This document shows, one piece after another, positions 37,600 to 47,135 of a stretch of DNA of 64,000 bases (position 1 is the first letter of the stretch; each line of letters starts with the position of its first letter). Below the pieces are notes generated by a model. That model did not search any database. It worked only from the letters and a program-made list of their open reading frames with translations, and was not told the origin of the DNA. The stretch is taken from contig JBBIPC010000012.1 in NCBI GenBank assembly GCA_037443035.1, positions 36,417-100,416 on the forward strand. The letters are read 5' to 3'. The DNA comes from Chthonomonadales bacterium (GTDB lineage: Bacteria > Armatimonadota > Chthonomonadetes > Chthonomonadales > CAJBBX01). The position numbers and the translations under genes are program-made.

Positions 37600-38481
37600 A
37601 TGACGACCCTCACGCAACTGCAGCCAGCAAAGCTCGATAAGAGCGTGGAGGCACGCTACGAGCGTCTTCGCGACATTCTGGCCGAGATGGGCTCGGTGGC
37701 CATTGGATACTCTGGCGGCGTGGACAGCACCGTTCTAGTAGCCGTTGCCAGGGACGTTCTTGGTAACCGCGCGCTGGCGGTCATTGGTAACTCGCAGGCT
37801 TTCCCCCAGGGCGAGGTCGAGAGCGCTCTCCGCGTGGCAGAAGAGATCGGCATCGAGGTCGTTCAGATACCAACCCATGAGATGTCCAATCCCCTCTTCC
37901 GCGTCAACGCACCTGACCGGTGCTACCACTGCAAGACCGAACTGTTCAGTGTCTTGCGCAGGGTGGCCAACGAGCGAGGACTTGCGTGGGTCGCCGACGG
38001 TTCCAATGCTGACGACGTGGGTGACTATCGTCCCGGTATGCGTGCCGCACAGGAGCTGCAGGTGAGGAGCCCCCTCCGCGAAGCTGGCCTTGCGAAGTCG
38101 GACGTTCGCGCGATCGCCCGGGCCATGGCACTGCCCAACTGGGATAAGCCATCCTTCGCGTGTCTATCTTCGCGTTTCCCCTATGGGACAGAGATCACGC
38201 CAGAGCTCTTGGCCCGCGTGGATGGGTGCGAGAAGTACCTCCGAGAGCTGGGCTTCCGCCAGTTCCGGGTGCGTCACCACGACACCGTGTGCCGCCTAGA
38301 GGTGGACCCATCGGACTTCGGGGGCGTCTTGCAGGCACGCGAGGATATCCTCCGACGGTTCCGCGAACTGGGGTATCTCTACGTCGCACTCGACATCGAG
38401 GGATTCCGCTCCGGAAAGATGAACGACGGCCTAAAGCTCGGCCAAGCGCCACGCAAGACAGGTTCCAGCGGTGGAGGCTGA
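37600..38481 (+). CDS. larE: ATP-dependent sacrificial sulfur transferase
   Basis: YSGGVDS PP-loop, RCYHCK, DYRPG, ACLSSRFPYG, RVRHH and GFRSG motifs. Confidence 0.93.
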   Translation: MTTLTQLQPAKLDKSVEARYERLRDILAEMGSVAIGYSGGVDSTVLVAVARDVLGNRALAVIGNSQAFPQGEVESALRVAEEIGIEVVQIPTHEMSNPLFRVNAPDRCYHCKTELFSVLRRVANERGLAWVADGSNADDVGDYRPGMRAAQELQVRSPLREAGLAKSDVRAIARAMALPNWDKPSFACLSSRFPYGTEITPELLARVDGCEKYLRELGFRQFRVRHHDTVCRLEVDPSDFGGVLQAREDILRRFRELGYLYVALDIEGFRSGKMNDGLKLGQAPRKTGSSGGG

Positions 38482-39265
38482 GCGTCTGCGGGCGTTGCTG
38501 GAGGGAGTACGCCGAGGCGAGACCTCGGTGGACGACGCTCTCGATCAGCTTCGGGATCTCCCCTACGAGGATCTAGGCTTCGCGCGTGTCGACCACCATC
38601 GGTCGCTGCGCACGGGTGCGCCAGAGGTCATCTATTGCCCCGGCAAGTCAGTGGAACAGATTGTGGCCATCGCCGAGAGAATGCATTTGCGCGGAGCCAA
38701 GGTCCTTGCAACGCGTGTCGGGGCTGATGCAATTGATGCCCTGCGCCGGCGTTTCCCTAAGGCGCGCCATCATGAAACAGCTCGCATGGTTGTGGTTCCG
38801 GCCGAGCAGAGTCAGACGGGCGACACACCTGGTCCGTCTCGCATGGAAGGCAAGATCCTGGTCCTATCTGCTGGCACAGCAGACATCCCCGTGGCCGAGG
38901 AAGCGGCGGTCACCGCTTCCGAGCTCGGCTCGCCTGTCGAGCGCCTCTATGATGTTGGTGTAGCGGGTCTCCATCGTCTTCTGGACAGGCTGGACCTGCT
39001 GTTCGCTGCAAACGTCCTTGTGGTGGTGGCCGGCATGGAGGGAGCGCTCGCTTCGGTGGTAGGTGGTCTCGTGCGCCGTCCGGTTATCGCAGTTCCCACC
39101 AGCGTGGGCTACGGTGCGAACTTCGGCGGCTTGTCGGCGCTCCTCACGATGTTGAACTCATGCGCTGCGGGCGTGGCCGTGGTCAACATTGACAACGGTT
39201 TCGGCGCAGGTTATTTCGCACATCTTGTGAATTCAGAGACGCCGGACCATGGCGGAAGAACCTAG
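38471..39265 (+). CDS. larB: Nickel-pincer cofactor biosynthesis protein (AIR carboxylase-like)
   Basis: AGTADIPVAEEA, DVGVAGLHRL, AGMEGAL, PTSVGYGA and VVNIDNGFGA motifs. Confidence 0.95.
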   Translation: MEAERLRALLEGVRRGETSVDDALDQLRDLPYEDLGFARVDHHRSLRTGAPEVIYCPGKSVEQIVAIAERMHLRGAKVLATRVGADAIDALRRRFPKARHHETARMVVVPAEQSQTGDTPGPSRMEGKILVLSAGTADIPVAEEAAVTASELGSPVERLYDVGVAGLHRLLDRLDLLFAANVLVVVAGMEGALASVVGGLVRRPVIAVPTSVGYGANFGGLSALLTMLNSCAAGVAVVNIDNGFGAGYFAHLVNSETPDHGGRT

Positions 39266-40229
39266 CACACCTCGGCCGGGCGACGGCACTGAGACGCATG
39301 CGGTATCGCCACAGAACGGGGATACCGCTCGTTGTGCCTCAAGAAGTACCTCCAAGCTGAGCCGGTGGCAGATCCTCGTGGTGCTGGTGGGTATTGGCGC
39401 CCTGGCGTTCCTAGCATATCGTGCACTTGCTCCGGGCGACTGCGGTTGCGGTGGAGATCGGCGATTGACAAGGGACGTCCAAGCTCTGACACTGACCTCT
39501 AAGTTCGCCGTGCTCGTTCTCAGGTATGCGACAGATGACATTCAGGACGGCCAGGACAGCGACAGGAACGGCCAAGCCGCGGACCGAGCGGACCTTCTCA
39601 GCGAGCACATCACGTCCTTGAAGACCGGCGGCTATGCCTTCGTTTCGCCGTCGCAGGTCGTGGCGGCCGTGGCCCGAAAGGAGCGGCTTCCGTCTCGGGC
39701 TGTCGTCATCACGTTCGATGAGGATCGCAAGGCCGTGTTGGCGCCCTTCCTGCAGACCGTGGTCGCGCATCGTGTAGCGGCGGCCGTCTTCGTCGATCCC
39801 GACGGGGTGGGTCGTCCTGGTAACCTAACCTGGCAGGACCTCGAGGGCTATTGGAAGCTCGGCGTCGAAGTACATTGCCGTTTGGGCGCCGGCGAGCGTC
39901 ATTTAGCGAGACCACGTGAACTTCGCCAACTACTGCATCGGTTTTCACAACGTCTCGACGACCCGAGCGCTCCTTCTGTCGCCATCACAGGAAAGATTCC
40001 GTCGGGCAGCGCACGGCAGCTCCTTGCATCAGGTGCTGCGGCAGTGTGGCTGTCATCGGATCAGGCCGTGACGCCCCGGTCTGCGCTGTTCGCGTTGCCG
40101 CGTTGGGATGTGCCGCTCGGCCTCTCGGGCGTTACGTTACCGCCCATGGTTGCCCAGATGATCGCGACGGCGCAAGCGAAACTAGAGGCGCCCCGGACGG
40201 AGGCGCGAGGACAAGAACACCCCCGGTAA
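39249..40229 (+). CDS. Membrane-anchored polysaccharide deacetylase-like (NodB/CE4) protein, degenerate active site
   Basis: LPSRAVVITFDE, LTWQDL and LPR motifs; lacks TFDD and H(S/T)xxH. Confidence 0.6.
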   Translation: MAEEPSTPRPGDGTETHAVSPQNGDTARCASRSTSKLSRWQILVVLVGIGALAFLAYRALAPGDCGCGGDRRLTRDVQALTLTSKFAVLVLRYATDDIQDGQDSDRNGQAADRADLLSEHITSLKTGGYAFVSPSQVVAAVARKERLPSRAVVITFDEDRKAVLAPFLQTVVAHRVAAAVFVDPDGVGRPGNLTWQDLEGYWKLGVEVHCRLGAGERHLARPRELRQLLHRFSQRLDDPSAPSVAITGKIPSGSARQLLASGAAAVWLSSDQAVTPRSALFALPRWDVPLGLSGVTLPPMVAQMIATAQAKLEAPRTEARGQEHPR

Positions 40230-40248
40230 TGGGTACAGGGAGAATAAG

Positions 40249-41229
40249 ATGAGCAAGGACGTGCGCTGGGTGGTTGTCGGCTACGGGATGGGCTGGCACC
40301 ACGCTCGCTTCCTGGACGCCGTGGAAGGTCTCGCACTGCACGGCGTATGTGACATTGCCGACGACCGGCGCGACAAAGCACTGCGAGAACATCCAGGCAT
40401 AGAGACCTATGCGCGTTACGATGATGTGCTGGCAGACCCCGACGTGGACGGTGTCGTCATCGTGACCCCGCACAACACCCATGCTTCCATGGCCATCCAA
40501 GGCATGAACTCCGGAAAGCACGTTATCACCGACAAGGCCATGTGCCTCTCCGTCGCTGAGGCTACAGCCATGATCGAGGCACGGGACCGGAATGGAGTTC
40601 TGTTGACCGTGTTCCACAACCGCCGGTGGGATGGCGATTTCCTCTCTGTGAGGAAGATTCTGAGCGACTTCGAGCTCGGCAGGCTTTACCATATCCAGTC
40701 GTGCGTCACATACTGGGGCAGACCGGGAGGATGGCGCCAGGACCGCACAGCCATGGGAGGCTGGCTCTTCGACTGGGGAGCCCACACCCTGGACCAGATT
40801 CTGCTCCTCGTGAACTCGACGCCGCGAAACGTGCACGCTTTCGTCCACTATCGCTATGACGAACCGTCTAGTGTCGAGGACTTTGTCCAATGCACCATCA
40901 CCTTCGAAAACGGCGTGACAGCGACTACCGTGATCGGCTACCTGAACATGCTGCCCATGCCGCGCTGGTACATCACGGGCGAGTTCGGTGCGCTCGAGTG
41001 CAAGGGATTCGAGACGCCCGTCAAGGTGCGCAAGCTCTGGAACGGAGAAGAGACAGAGCGCGAGGTTGCTCCCATCGCGTCAGATTGGCAGGCGTTCTAC
41101 CAGAACATCGCGGACTACCTTTCCGGAAAAGCGGATCTTGCCGTCCGCCCTGAGCAGATCGTGCCGCAGATCGCCATAGCCGAGGCTGCGTACAAGAGTG
41201 TGGATACTCGCCAAGTCGTCTCCCTGTAG
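40249..41229 (+). CDS. Gfo/Idh/MocA family oxidoreductase
   Basis: VVGYGMG, GKHVITDKA, VFHNRRWD and GGWLFDWGAH motifs. Confidence 0.93.
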   Translation: MSKDVRWVVVGYGMGWHHARFLDAVEGLALHGVCDIADDRRDKALREHPGIETYARYDDVLADPDVDGVVIVTPHNTHASMAIQGMNSGKHVITDKAMCLSVAEATAMIEARDRNGVLLTVFHNRRWDGDFLSVRKILSDFELGRLYHIQSCVTYWGRPGGWRQDRTAMGGWLFDWGAHTLDQILLLVNSTPRNVHAFVHYRYDEPSSVEDFVQCTITFENGVTATTVIGYLNMLPMPRWYITGEFGALECKGFETPVKVRKLWNGEETEREVAPIASDWQAFYQNIADYLSGKADLAVRPEQIVPQIAIAEAAYKSVDTRQVVSL

Positions 41230-41397
41230 CCAGCTCCACGCGCTCCAGTCCTCGGGCAAGAAATCTGCATTCGGCGCACCGTTCTTCGAGAAGAACGCGT
41301 CTCGACGCGCTTCTGCCCAGACCACGAGTCTAGCGATCGGCCCACGGTCAGCAGTCTACAGGTGCTGGCTGCGAGATGGGTACGATGGCCACGCGCA

Positions 41398-41427
41398 TTG
41401 ACATCGAGGAGCTTGATGCGCTACTAT
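41398..41427 (+). promoter_or_regulatory. Sigma70 promoter of the lysA-S2P-trpS operon
   Basis: TTGACA-18 nt-TACTAT. Confidence 0.7.
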
Positions 41428-41535
41428 GAACTAGCTGCGGGCCCGCCGCTCTTGCGGTGTGGCTCGCTTCTTCTATCGGGCCGTTGCAGTGTCCCCGACC
41501 ATCGGTCGTGCTGCAGGCCCCACGAGGCTTGAACC

Positions 41536-42891
41536 TTGATGCTTCTTGGAACCCAGCGGATCAATGACAGTGGCCATCTCGAGATCGGCGGATGCGATGC
41601 GGTGGATCTCGCCAGAGCGTTCGGTACACCGCTCTACGTCATGGACGAAACTGCCATCCGAGGAGCCTGTCGAGCTTATCGCGCTGCCTTCGAGGGACGT
41701 TACTCGCGCAACGTCATCCACTACGCCGGGAAGGCGTTCCTCTGCCTCGCCATGTGTCGCATTGCACAGCAGGAAGGACTGGGTCTGGACGTCGCCTCAG
41801 GGGGCGAGCTCTATACTGCCTTGCACGCTGGCTTTCCCATGGAACGAGTCAACCTCCACGGGAACAACAAGTCTGTCGAAGAGCTGGAGATGGCCGTGCG
41901 GCATTCCGTCGGCCACATAACGCTCGACAACTTCGAAGAGATAGACTTGCTCGCCGCCATCGCGGCATCCTGCCGCCGGCAGCGCCCTCAGAACGTGCTC
42001 GTCCGGTGCGCTCCCGGGGTCGATCCCGAAACGCACCGTTTCATGCGCACCGGCCAGGCAGATACGAAGTTTGGATTCAACATCGCCGACGGCTCGGCGC
42101 TGGAGGCAGTACAGCGCGTTCTCGATCAGGCCGGGCTGCGGTTCCGGGGTATTCATTTCCACGTCGGATCCCAGCTCAGTGACACAGAAGCCCATGAGGG
42201 CGGCATCGAAGCGGCGGTGGAGCTCATGGCCTCTATACGTGAGCGGACCGGCACTATCTGCGAGGTGCTGAATATCGGTGGCGGGCTCGGCGTACGCTAT
42301 GTAACCGGCTCACCGTATCTCGCGGTGGACGAGTTCGCTGAGCGCATTGTCGCCAAGCTCCGGGACGCCCTCGCTACTCACGGGCTACCGGAACCCATCC
42401 TCGCTCAGGAGCCCGGCCGCGCCATCGTCGGCGAGGCAGGCACCACACTCTACACAGTGGGGGCCGTGAAAACCGTGCCGATATTCGGTGACGACGGTCG
42501 CCGCACCTATGCGTCCGTAGATGGAGGACTTTCCGACAACCCGCGGCCACAGCTTTATGACGCCGTGTACGAGGCTATCTGTGCCAACCGCGCCGCAGAA
42601 CCTCACGACACCGCTGTTGCCATCGCAGGCAAGCATTGCGAAACAGACGTGCTCGTATGGAGAGCCCTCTGCCCACCCCTGCGGCGCGGCGACATCGTGG
42701 CGGTTCAGACGACGGGCGCCTACAACTATTCCATGGCCAGCAACTACAACCGGGTGCCGCGTCCGGCCGTAGTTCTTGTAGCAGATGGACGGGCCGAACT
42801 GATCGTCCGACGCGAGACGCTTCGGGATATGATCCGGCGTGACATACGTCCGGCGCGTCTCTTTGCAGAGAGCGAGGTAGTGGCCACCTGA
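41536..42891 (+). CDS. lysA: Diaminopimelate decarboxylase
   Basis: FGTPLYV, YAGKA, HFHVGSQ, EPGRAIV, GKHCE and GAYNYSMASNYN motifs. Confidence 0.97.
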   Translation: MMLLGTQRINDSGHLEIGGCDAVDLARAFGTPLYVMDETAIRGACRAYRAAFEGRYSRNVIHYAGKAFLCLAMCRIAQQEGLGLDVASGGELYTALHAGFPMERVNLHGNNKSVEELEMAVRHSVGHITLDNFEEIDLLAAIAASCRRQRPQNVLVRCAPGVDPETHRFMRTGQADTKFGFNIADGSALEAVQRVLDQAGLRFRGIHFHVGSQLSDTEAHEGGIEAAVELMASIRERTGTICEVLNIGGGLGVRYVTGSPYLAVDEFAERIVAKLRDALATHGLPEPILAQEPGRAIVGEAGTTLYTVGAVKTVPIFGDDGRRTYASVDGGLSDNPRPQLYDAVYEAICANRAAEPHDTAVAIAGKHCETDVLVWRALCPPLRRGDIVAVQTTGAYNYSMASNYNRVPRPAVVLVADGRAELIVRRETLRDMIRRDIRPARLFAESEVVAT

Positions 42892-42920
42892 ACGGCAGAA
42901 TCGAGGAGTTCATCATCACG

Positions 42921-43532
42921 ATGGCGGTACTCATCATCGCCATCACCATTCACGAGTTCGCGCATGCATTCACCGCGGACCGGCTTGGCGACGATACGCC
43001 GCGGCGTCAGGGCCGGATATCCCTGCTGCCGCCCGACCATCTGGACCCACTGGGCACGATCATGATGGCGATCACGGCATGGTTCGGCTTCGGCATTGGT
43101 TGGGGCAAGCCCGTCATGACGAACCCCGCCAACTTCCGAAGCCCCAGGCGAGACCAGGGCATCGTGGCAGCAGCAGGTCCGCTATCCAATCTGCTGCAGG
43201 CTGTCGTGTTCGCGGGTGTTGTGCGACTGACGGGAAACGAACCTTTCAGTGGCACCATCACGCCGTTTGGCCTGTTTCTCGTTACGGGCGTGATCGTGAA
43301 TCTGGCCCTCATGGTCTTCAATCTACTGCCGCTCAAGCCCCTGGACGGCTCGTGGATTGTGACGGCCATGTTGCCCGGGCAGATGGCCTACCGCTACGAA
43401 GTCTGGATGCTCCGGTACGGCCCCATGGTGTTCTTGCTCCTGGTCGTCGTGTTCCGTGGTGCCCTCGGCGCCATCATAGGGCCACCAGTACGCTTCTTGA
43501 GCAGTCTGCTGCTCGGAACTCCCGGAATGTGA
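42921..43532 (+). CDS. Site-2 protease (M50) family
   Basis: HEFAH, AAGPLSN and FNLLPLKPLDG motifs. Confidence 0.93.
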   Translation: MAVLIIAITIHEFAHAFTADRLGDDTPRRQGRISLLPPDHLDPLGTIMMAITAWFGFGIGWGKPVMTNPANFRSPRRDQGIVAAAGPLSNLLQAVVFAGVVRLTGNEPFSGTITPFGLFLVTGVIVNLALMVFNLLPLKPLDGSWIVTAMLPGQMAYRYEVWMLRYGPMVFLLLVVVFRGALGAIIGPPVRFLSSLLLGTPGM

Positions 43533-43549
43533 CTATCTCGGAGGTCGAC

Positions 43550-44536
43550 ATGGAAGAGAAACGCATCTTGAGCGGAATGCAGCCCACTGGGGCGCTCCAC
43601 CTGGGAAACCTCGAGGTACTCAGGACATGGGCCAGGCTCCAGTACGCGTACCGCATGTTCTGCTGCATCGTGGACTGGCATGCGTTGACGACACTCTTCA
43701 ACAGAACCGAAGAGATAGGCCCCGCGGCACGTGCAGTCGCCGCCGACTACGTCGCTGCCGGGCTAGATCCGAACCGCTGCAGTATCTTCATCCAGTCGCA
43801 TGTGAAGGAACACGCCGAGCTTCACCTCCTCTTCTCTATGATCACGCCACTCGGCTGGCTGGAGAGGGTACCAACCTACAAGGAGAAACGAGAGAACCTC
43901 AAGCTCAACGAGGAAGCGACTTCTTACGGCCTCCTGGGTTATCCTGTCCTACAGGCCGCCGACATTCTCGTCTACCGTGCCCATGCCGTACCCGTTGGCA
44001 AGGATCAGCTTCCTCACCTGGAACTGACGCGAGAGATCGCACGTCGATTCAACTACCTCTACGGTGAGACGTTCCCAGAACCGGAGTCGATCGTCAACGA
44101 AGCAACGGCTGTCATACCCGGCCTCGACGGAAGGAAAATGAGCAAGTCCTACGACAACGCCATTTACCTGTCGGACGACGCCGACACCGTGGCGCGAAAA
44201 GTCATGGACGCATTCACGTGCCCGACGAAGATCCGCAAGACCGATCCCGGCATCCCCGAGGAATGCGTGGTTTGCCAGTTGAGGAAGGTCTATGATCCTG
44301 AGAACTACAGGATATCGTGGGAGGAGGACCGGCGGGGCGAGCGTGGATGCGTGCAGAACAAGCGGGAGCTCATAGACATTCTCAACTCCGTCCTGGAACC
44401 GCTCCGACAGAGACGCAAGGAGCTGCTCAGCGATCCTGGGCAGATAGAGCGTTACCTGCGCGAGGGTGCCGACCGAGCCCGAGCGGTGGCATCCGAGACG
44501 ATGCGGATGGTCCGCGCTGCCATGCACCTGGACTGA
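43550..44536 (+). CDS. trpS: Tryptophanyl-tRNA synthetase
   Basis: SGMQPTGALHLGN, YPVLQAADIL, VPVGKDQ and KMSKS motifs. Confidence 0.98.
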   Translation: MEEKRILSGMQPTGALHLGNLEVLRTWARLQYAYRMFCCIVDWHALTTLFNRTEEIGPAARAVAADYVAAGLDPNRCSIFIQSHVKEHAELHLLFSMITPLGWLERVPTYKEKRENLKLNEEATSYGLLGYPVLQAADILVYRAHAVPVGKDQLPHLELTREIARRFNYLYGETFPEPESIVNEATAVIPGLDGRKMSKSYDNAIYLSDDADTVARKVMDAFTCPTKIRKTDPGIPEECVVCQLRKVYDPENYRISWEEDRRGERGCVQNKRELIDILNSVLEPLRQRRKELLSDPGQIERYLREGADRARAVASETMRMVRAAMHLD

Positions 44537-44539
44537 CTG

Positions 44540-46336
44540 CTATAATCGCGTAGTATCTGCATTGCCCATGCGGGCTGCCTCACGCCACATGCGGGTCGCT
44601 TCTGCGAAGCGACCCTCCCGCTCATAGACCTGCGCAAGAAGCTGGTAGCGCTCGGCTGTGGGGGCTATCTGGATTGCCCTGACCAGGTGTGGCTCCGCAA
44701 GCGCATAGGAGCGCTGGCTTGCGTAGCACCAACCGAGACCATGATGGATATCCGCCTGGTCCGGATGCCACACGAGGGCGGTTCTGAAGGCCCGGATCGC
44801 CTCGGCTGTATGCCCCTCGTTCATCAGAGCGAACCCAAGATGACGGAATAGCGTCCCCACGAAGCTTCCTGGATCCCCCCTGGTACCTTGGTTCTGCATG
44901 GCTCGCATCCGCACCAGCCTGTCGGTCCGGAGACGAGCTACGGCTGTCTCAGGATCGCGCCAGTCCGCTGAACCATACAGATAGTCCAGGATGCGTGAGA
45001 GCTGTTCGGCAGCCGTACCGTGATCTCCCACATCGGTAGCGATCTTGGCCAGCATGTAGCGCGCAATCACGGAGTCCGTGTCGTACCGAACGACGGTGCC
45101 GAAGAGAGCCGACTCACTTTCGAACGTCGGTATTCCCATCAGGGTCTGCATGCAGCACCACGTTGTAATGCACGCTAGAGCTGCTGCCGCAGGAGCGCTG
45201 CGGAAACCTCCCAATCTCCAGCGAAGGTTAGCGAGCTTGCTCGCAAGAATGGCGGCGAGACCGATGGATGCCACAGCGGCTCGGTACGGTGCATAGAGAA
45301 GGAATGGCATGGGGAGAATGTTGCTGACTGGAAGCACGGCAAGCAGCGTCGAGGCTAGCATCCACGCAAGTCGCCGATCGCGACGGTACCACCGGCACAA
45401 GACCCAGGTCAAGGTCAGCACTACGCAGTAGCCGGCCACCACTGCCCAATTTCCTAGTCGTTCCCACGGACCGAGGCTCAGAGCATGCATGGCGCGCTGG
45501 TTGGGAACCATGAGCAGCTCAGCATAGGCGAGTGTCGCTAGACCGACCCGGCTGAGTTGCTCCCATACCGTGACTCCCATGGGCTGGGGCCCCGGCATGC
45601 CGAGGAAAACACCAATGGCAAGATAGAAGGCTGCCACCACAACGAACGGCAGAAGCGCATACCACCGATCGCCGGGCAGCGCAATGCCTCGACGCGGCTC
45701 GAAGCAGACGAACGCCAGAGGCACGAGCGGAAGCAGGAACAGCGTCTGCTCCTTTGTGAAGACGGAAAGCGCATACGTAACGACGCTGCACACGAGCCAC
45801 ATGGCACGGGCATGTCCAACGCGGTGAGATGCTGACACCAGACCTAGCATGAACAGTCCCGTCCACAGGCATCCCAGTGCATCTGTTCGCCCGCCGATCC
45901 AAGCAACGGCACCCACATGTACAGGGTGCACGGCAAACACCAGCGCACCAATCGCCCCCAGCGCCCTGGACGCGAACGCCTCCCGTACCAGCAGCCCGAC
46001 GACGATCGTTGCCAACGCATGAAGAGTGATGTTGACCCAGTGGTAGGCCCAGGGGTTGTTGGGCCAGAGAAGACGATCGACATAGAACGACGCCGACACG
46101 AGCGGCCGGTAGAAGTGGTCGAGGAACGGGCTACGGAAGCACGCCGCCAGGCTTCTTCCGCCACCGATGCCGCTACCATCCACGAGCACCGCATCGTCCC
46201 ACACGAAGCCACCCCGCAGTGCGCCGAGATAGAGTCCGATGGATATCGCAGCGGGAGCGAAGAGCGCCAGCGCAGTTCGATGCCACGACGCCAACGTCCA
46301 TCCGCCGCGTGGTGGGCCTGACACGGCTACATCCAT
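44540..46336 (-). CDS. TMTC-like GT-C membrane glycosyltransferase with TPR repeats
   Basis: FVWDD, FYRPL, HPVH..AV.WI.GR.D and TKE motifs; multiple TMs; C-terminal TPR helices. Confidence 0.8.
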   Translation of the reverse strand: MDVAVSGPPRGGWTLASWHRTALALFAPAAISIGLYLGALRGGFVWDDAVLVDGSGIGGGRSLAACFRSPFLDHFYRPLVSASFYVDRLLWPNNPWAYHWVNITLHALATIVVGLLVREAFASRALGAIGALVFAVHPVHVGAVAWIGGRTDALGCLWTGLFMLGLVSASHRVGHARAMWLVCSVVTYALSVFTKEQTLFLLPLVPLAFVCFEPRRGIALPGDRWYALLPFVVVAAFYLAIGVFLGMPGPQPMGVTVWEQLSRVGLATLAYAELLMVPNQRAMHALSLGPWERLGNWAVVAGYCVVLTLTWVLCRWYRRDRRLAWMLASTLLAVLPVSNILPMPFLLYAPYRAAVASIGLAAILASKLANLRWRLGGFRSAPAAAALACITTWCCMQTLMGIPTFESESALFGTVVRYDTDSVIARYMLAKIATDVGDHGTAAEQLSRILDYLYGSADWRDPETAVARLRTDRLVRMRAMQNQGTRGDPGSFVGTLFRHLGFALMNEGHTAEAIRAFRTALVWHPDQADIHHGLGWCYASQRSYALAEPHLVRAIQIAPTAERYQLLAQVYEREGRFAEATRMWREAARMGNADTTRL

Positions 46337-46380
46337 AGAATCATCTGGAGAACTCTTATTGTTAAATCTCTGTAAAGGGC

Positions 46381-46409
46381 TTGACATGGTCGTCGGGACA
46401 GGTCATAAT
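46381..46409 (+). promoter_or_regulatory. Sigma70 promoter of tetR
   Basis: TTGACA-17 nt-CATAAT. Confidence 0.8.
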
Positions 46410-46418
46410 ACGAACAGA

Positions 46419-46438
46419 TTAGGACTGACTGGTAATAA
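46419..46438 (+). promoter_or_regulatory. Candidate TetR operator 1
   Basis: TTAGGACTGACTGGTAATAA; core ACTGACTGGT recurs inverted at 47084-47093. Confidence 0.65.
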
Positions 46439-46448
46439 CATATTGGCA

Positions 46449-47048
46449 ATGGCGACACGTAGACTGAACAACCGAGAGCGCATTTTGCACACTGCCGGCG
46501 AGTTGCTCTATCGGAGGGGCTACAACGGTACTAGCGTTGACGACATCGTCGAAGCCTCAGGTGTCAGCAAGAGCAACTTCTACTACCACTTCCCGAGCAA
46601 GGAAGACCTCGGCATTGCCGTCCTCTCCATTCGGCGGGAGGAGCTGGAACGCATGCTGCGCGAGACCCTGGGTGACCCGAGTCGTTCGCCTGCATCGCGC
46701 CTTGCAGCGTTCGTGGCGGCCGTCCTCGACCACCAGGAAACGGAGCTGGACCGCTGCGGCTGTCCGTTCGGGAACCTCGTCGCCGAGATGACAGAGCACA
46801 GTGAGCGCATCCGGTGCTTTCTCAGTGGCCTGTTCGCCGATATTACCAGAGAGCTGGCGGAAGTCATCCGCATTGGCCAGGCGTCGGGTGAACTGCGCCG
46901 CGACGCAGATGCTGACGAGCTCGCCACGCTCATTCTGCAGACGCTCCAGGGTATGCAGCTCATCATCAAGTGCGACAAGGACCCCCGGCCAGCCCGCATG
47001 ACTGGGGCCCTGCTCGTGGATCTGATGAAATCGCCGCGCCACCTATGA
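46449..47048 (+). CDS. TetR/AcrR family regulator, NemR-like
   Basis: RGYNGTSVDDIV..SGVSKSNFYYHFPSKEDL HTH; CGCPFGNL..EM motif. Confidence 0.93.
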   Translation: MATRRLNNRERILHTAGELLYRRGYNGTSVDDIVEASGVSKSNFYYHFPSKEDLGIAVLSIRREELERMLRETLGDPSRSPASRLAAFVAAVLDHQETELDRCGCPFGNLVAEMTEHSERIRCFLSGLFADITRELAEVIRIGQASGELRRDADADELATLILQTLQGMQLIIKCDKDPRPARMTGALLVDLMKSPRHL

Positions 47049-47071
47049 AACGCGCAGGCAGCCATGACGTC
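47046..47071 (+). promoter_or_regulatory. SigW-type ECF promoter upstream of the second ECF sigma
   Basis: TGAAAC-N16-CGTC. Confidence 0.7.
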
Positions 47072-47078
47072 TGATACA

Positions 47079-47098
47079 GTAGGACCAGTCAGTACAAC
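47079..47098 (+). promoter_or_regulatory. Candidate TetR operator 2
   Basis: GTAGGACCAGTCAGTACAAC; reverse complement shares ACTGACTGGT with operator 1. Confidence 0.65.
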
Positions 47099-47135
47099 AG
47101 CTCGTACCATCGCTCTGAAAGGAGACACTACCGAC

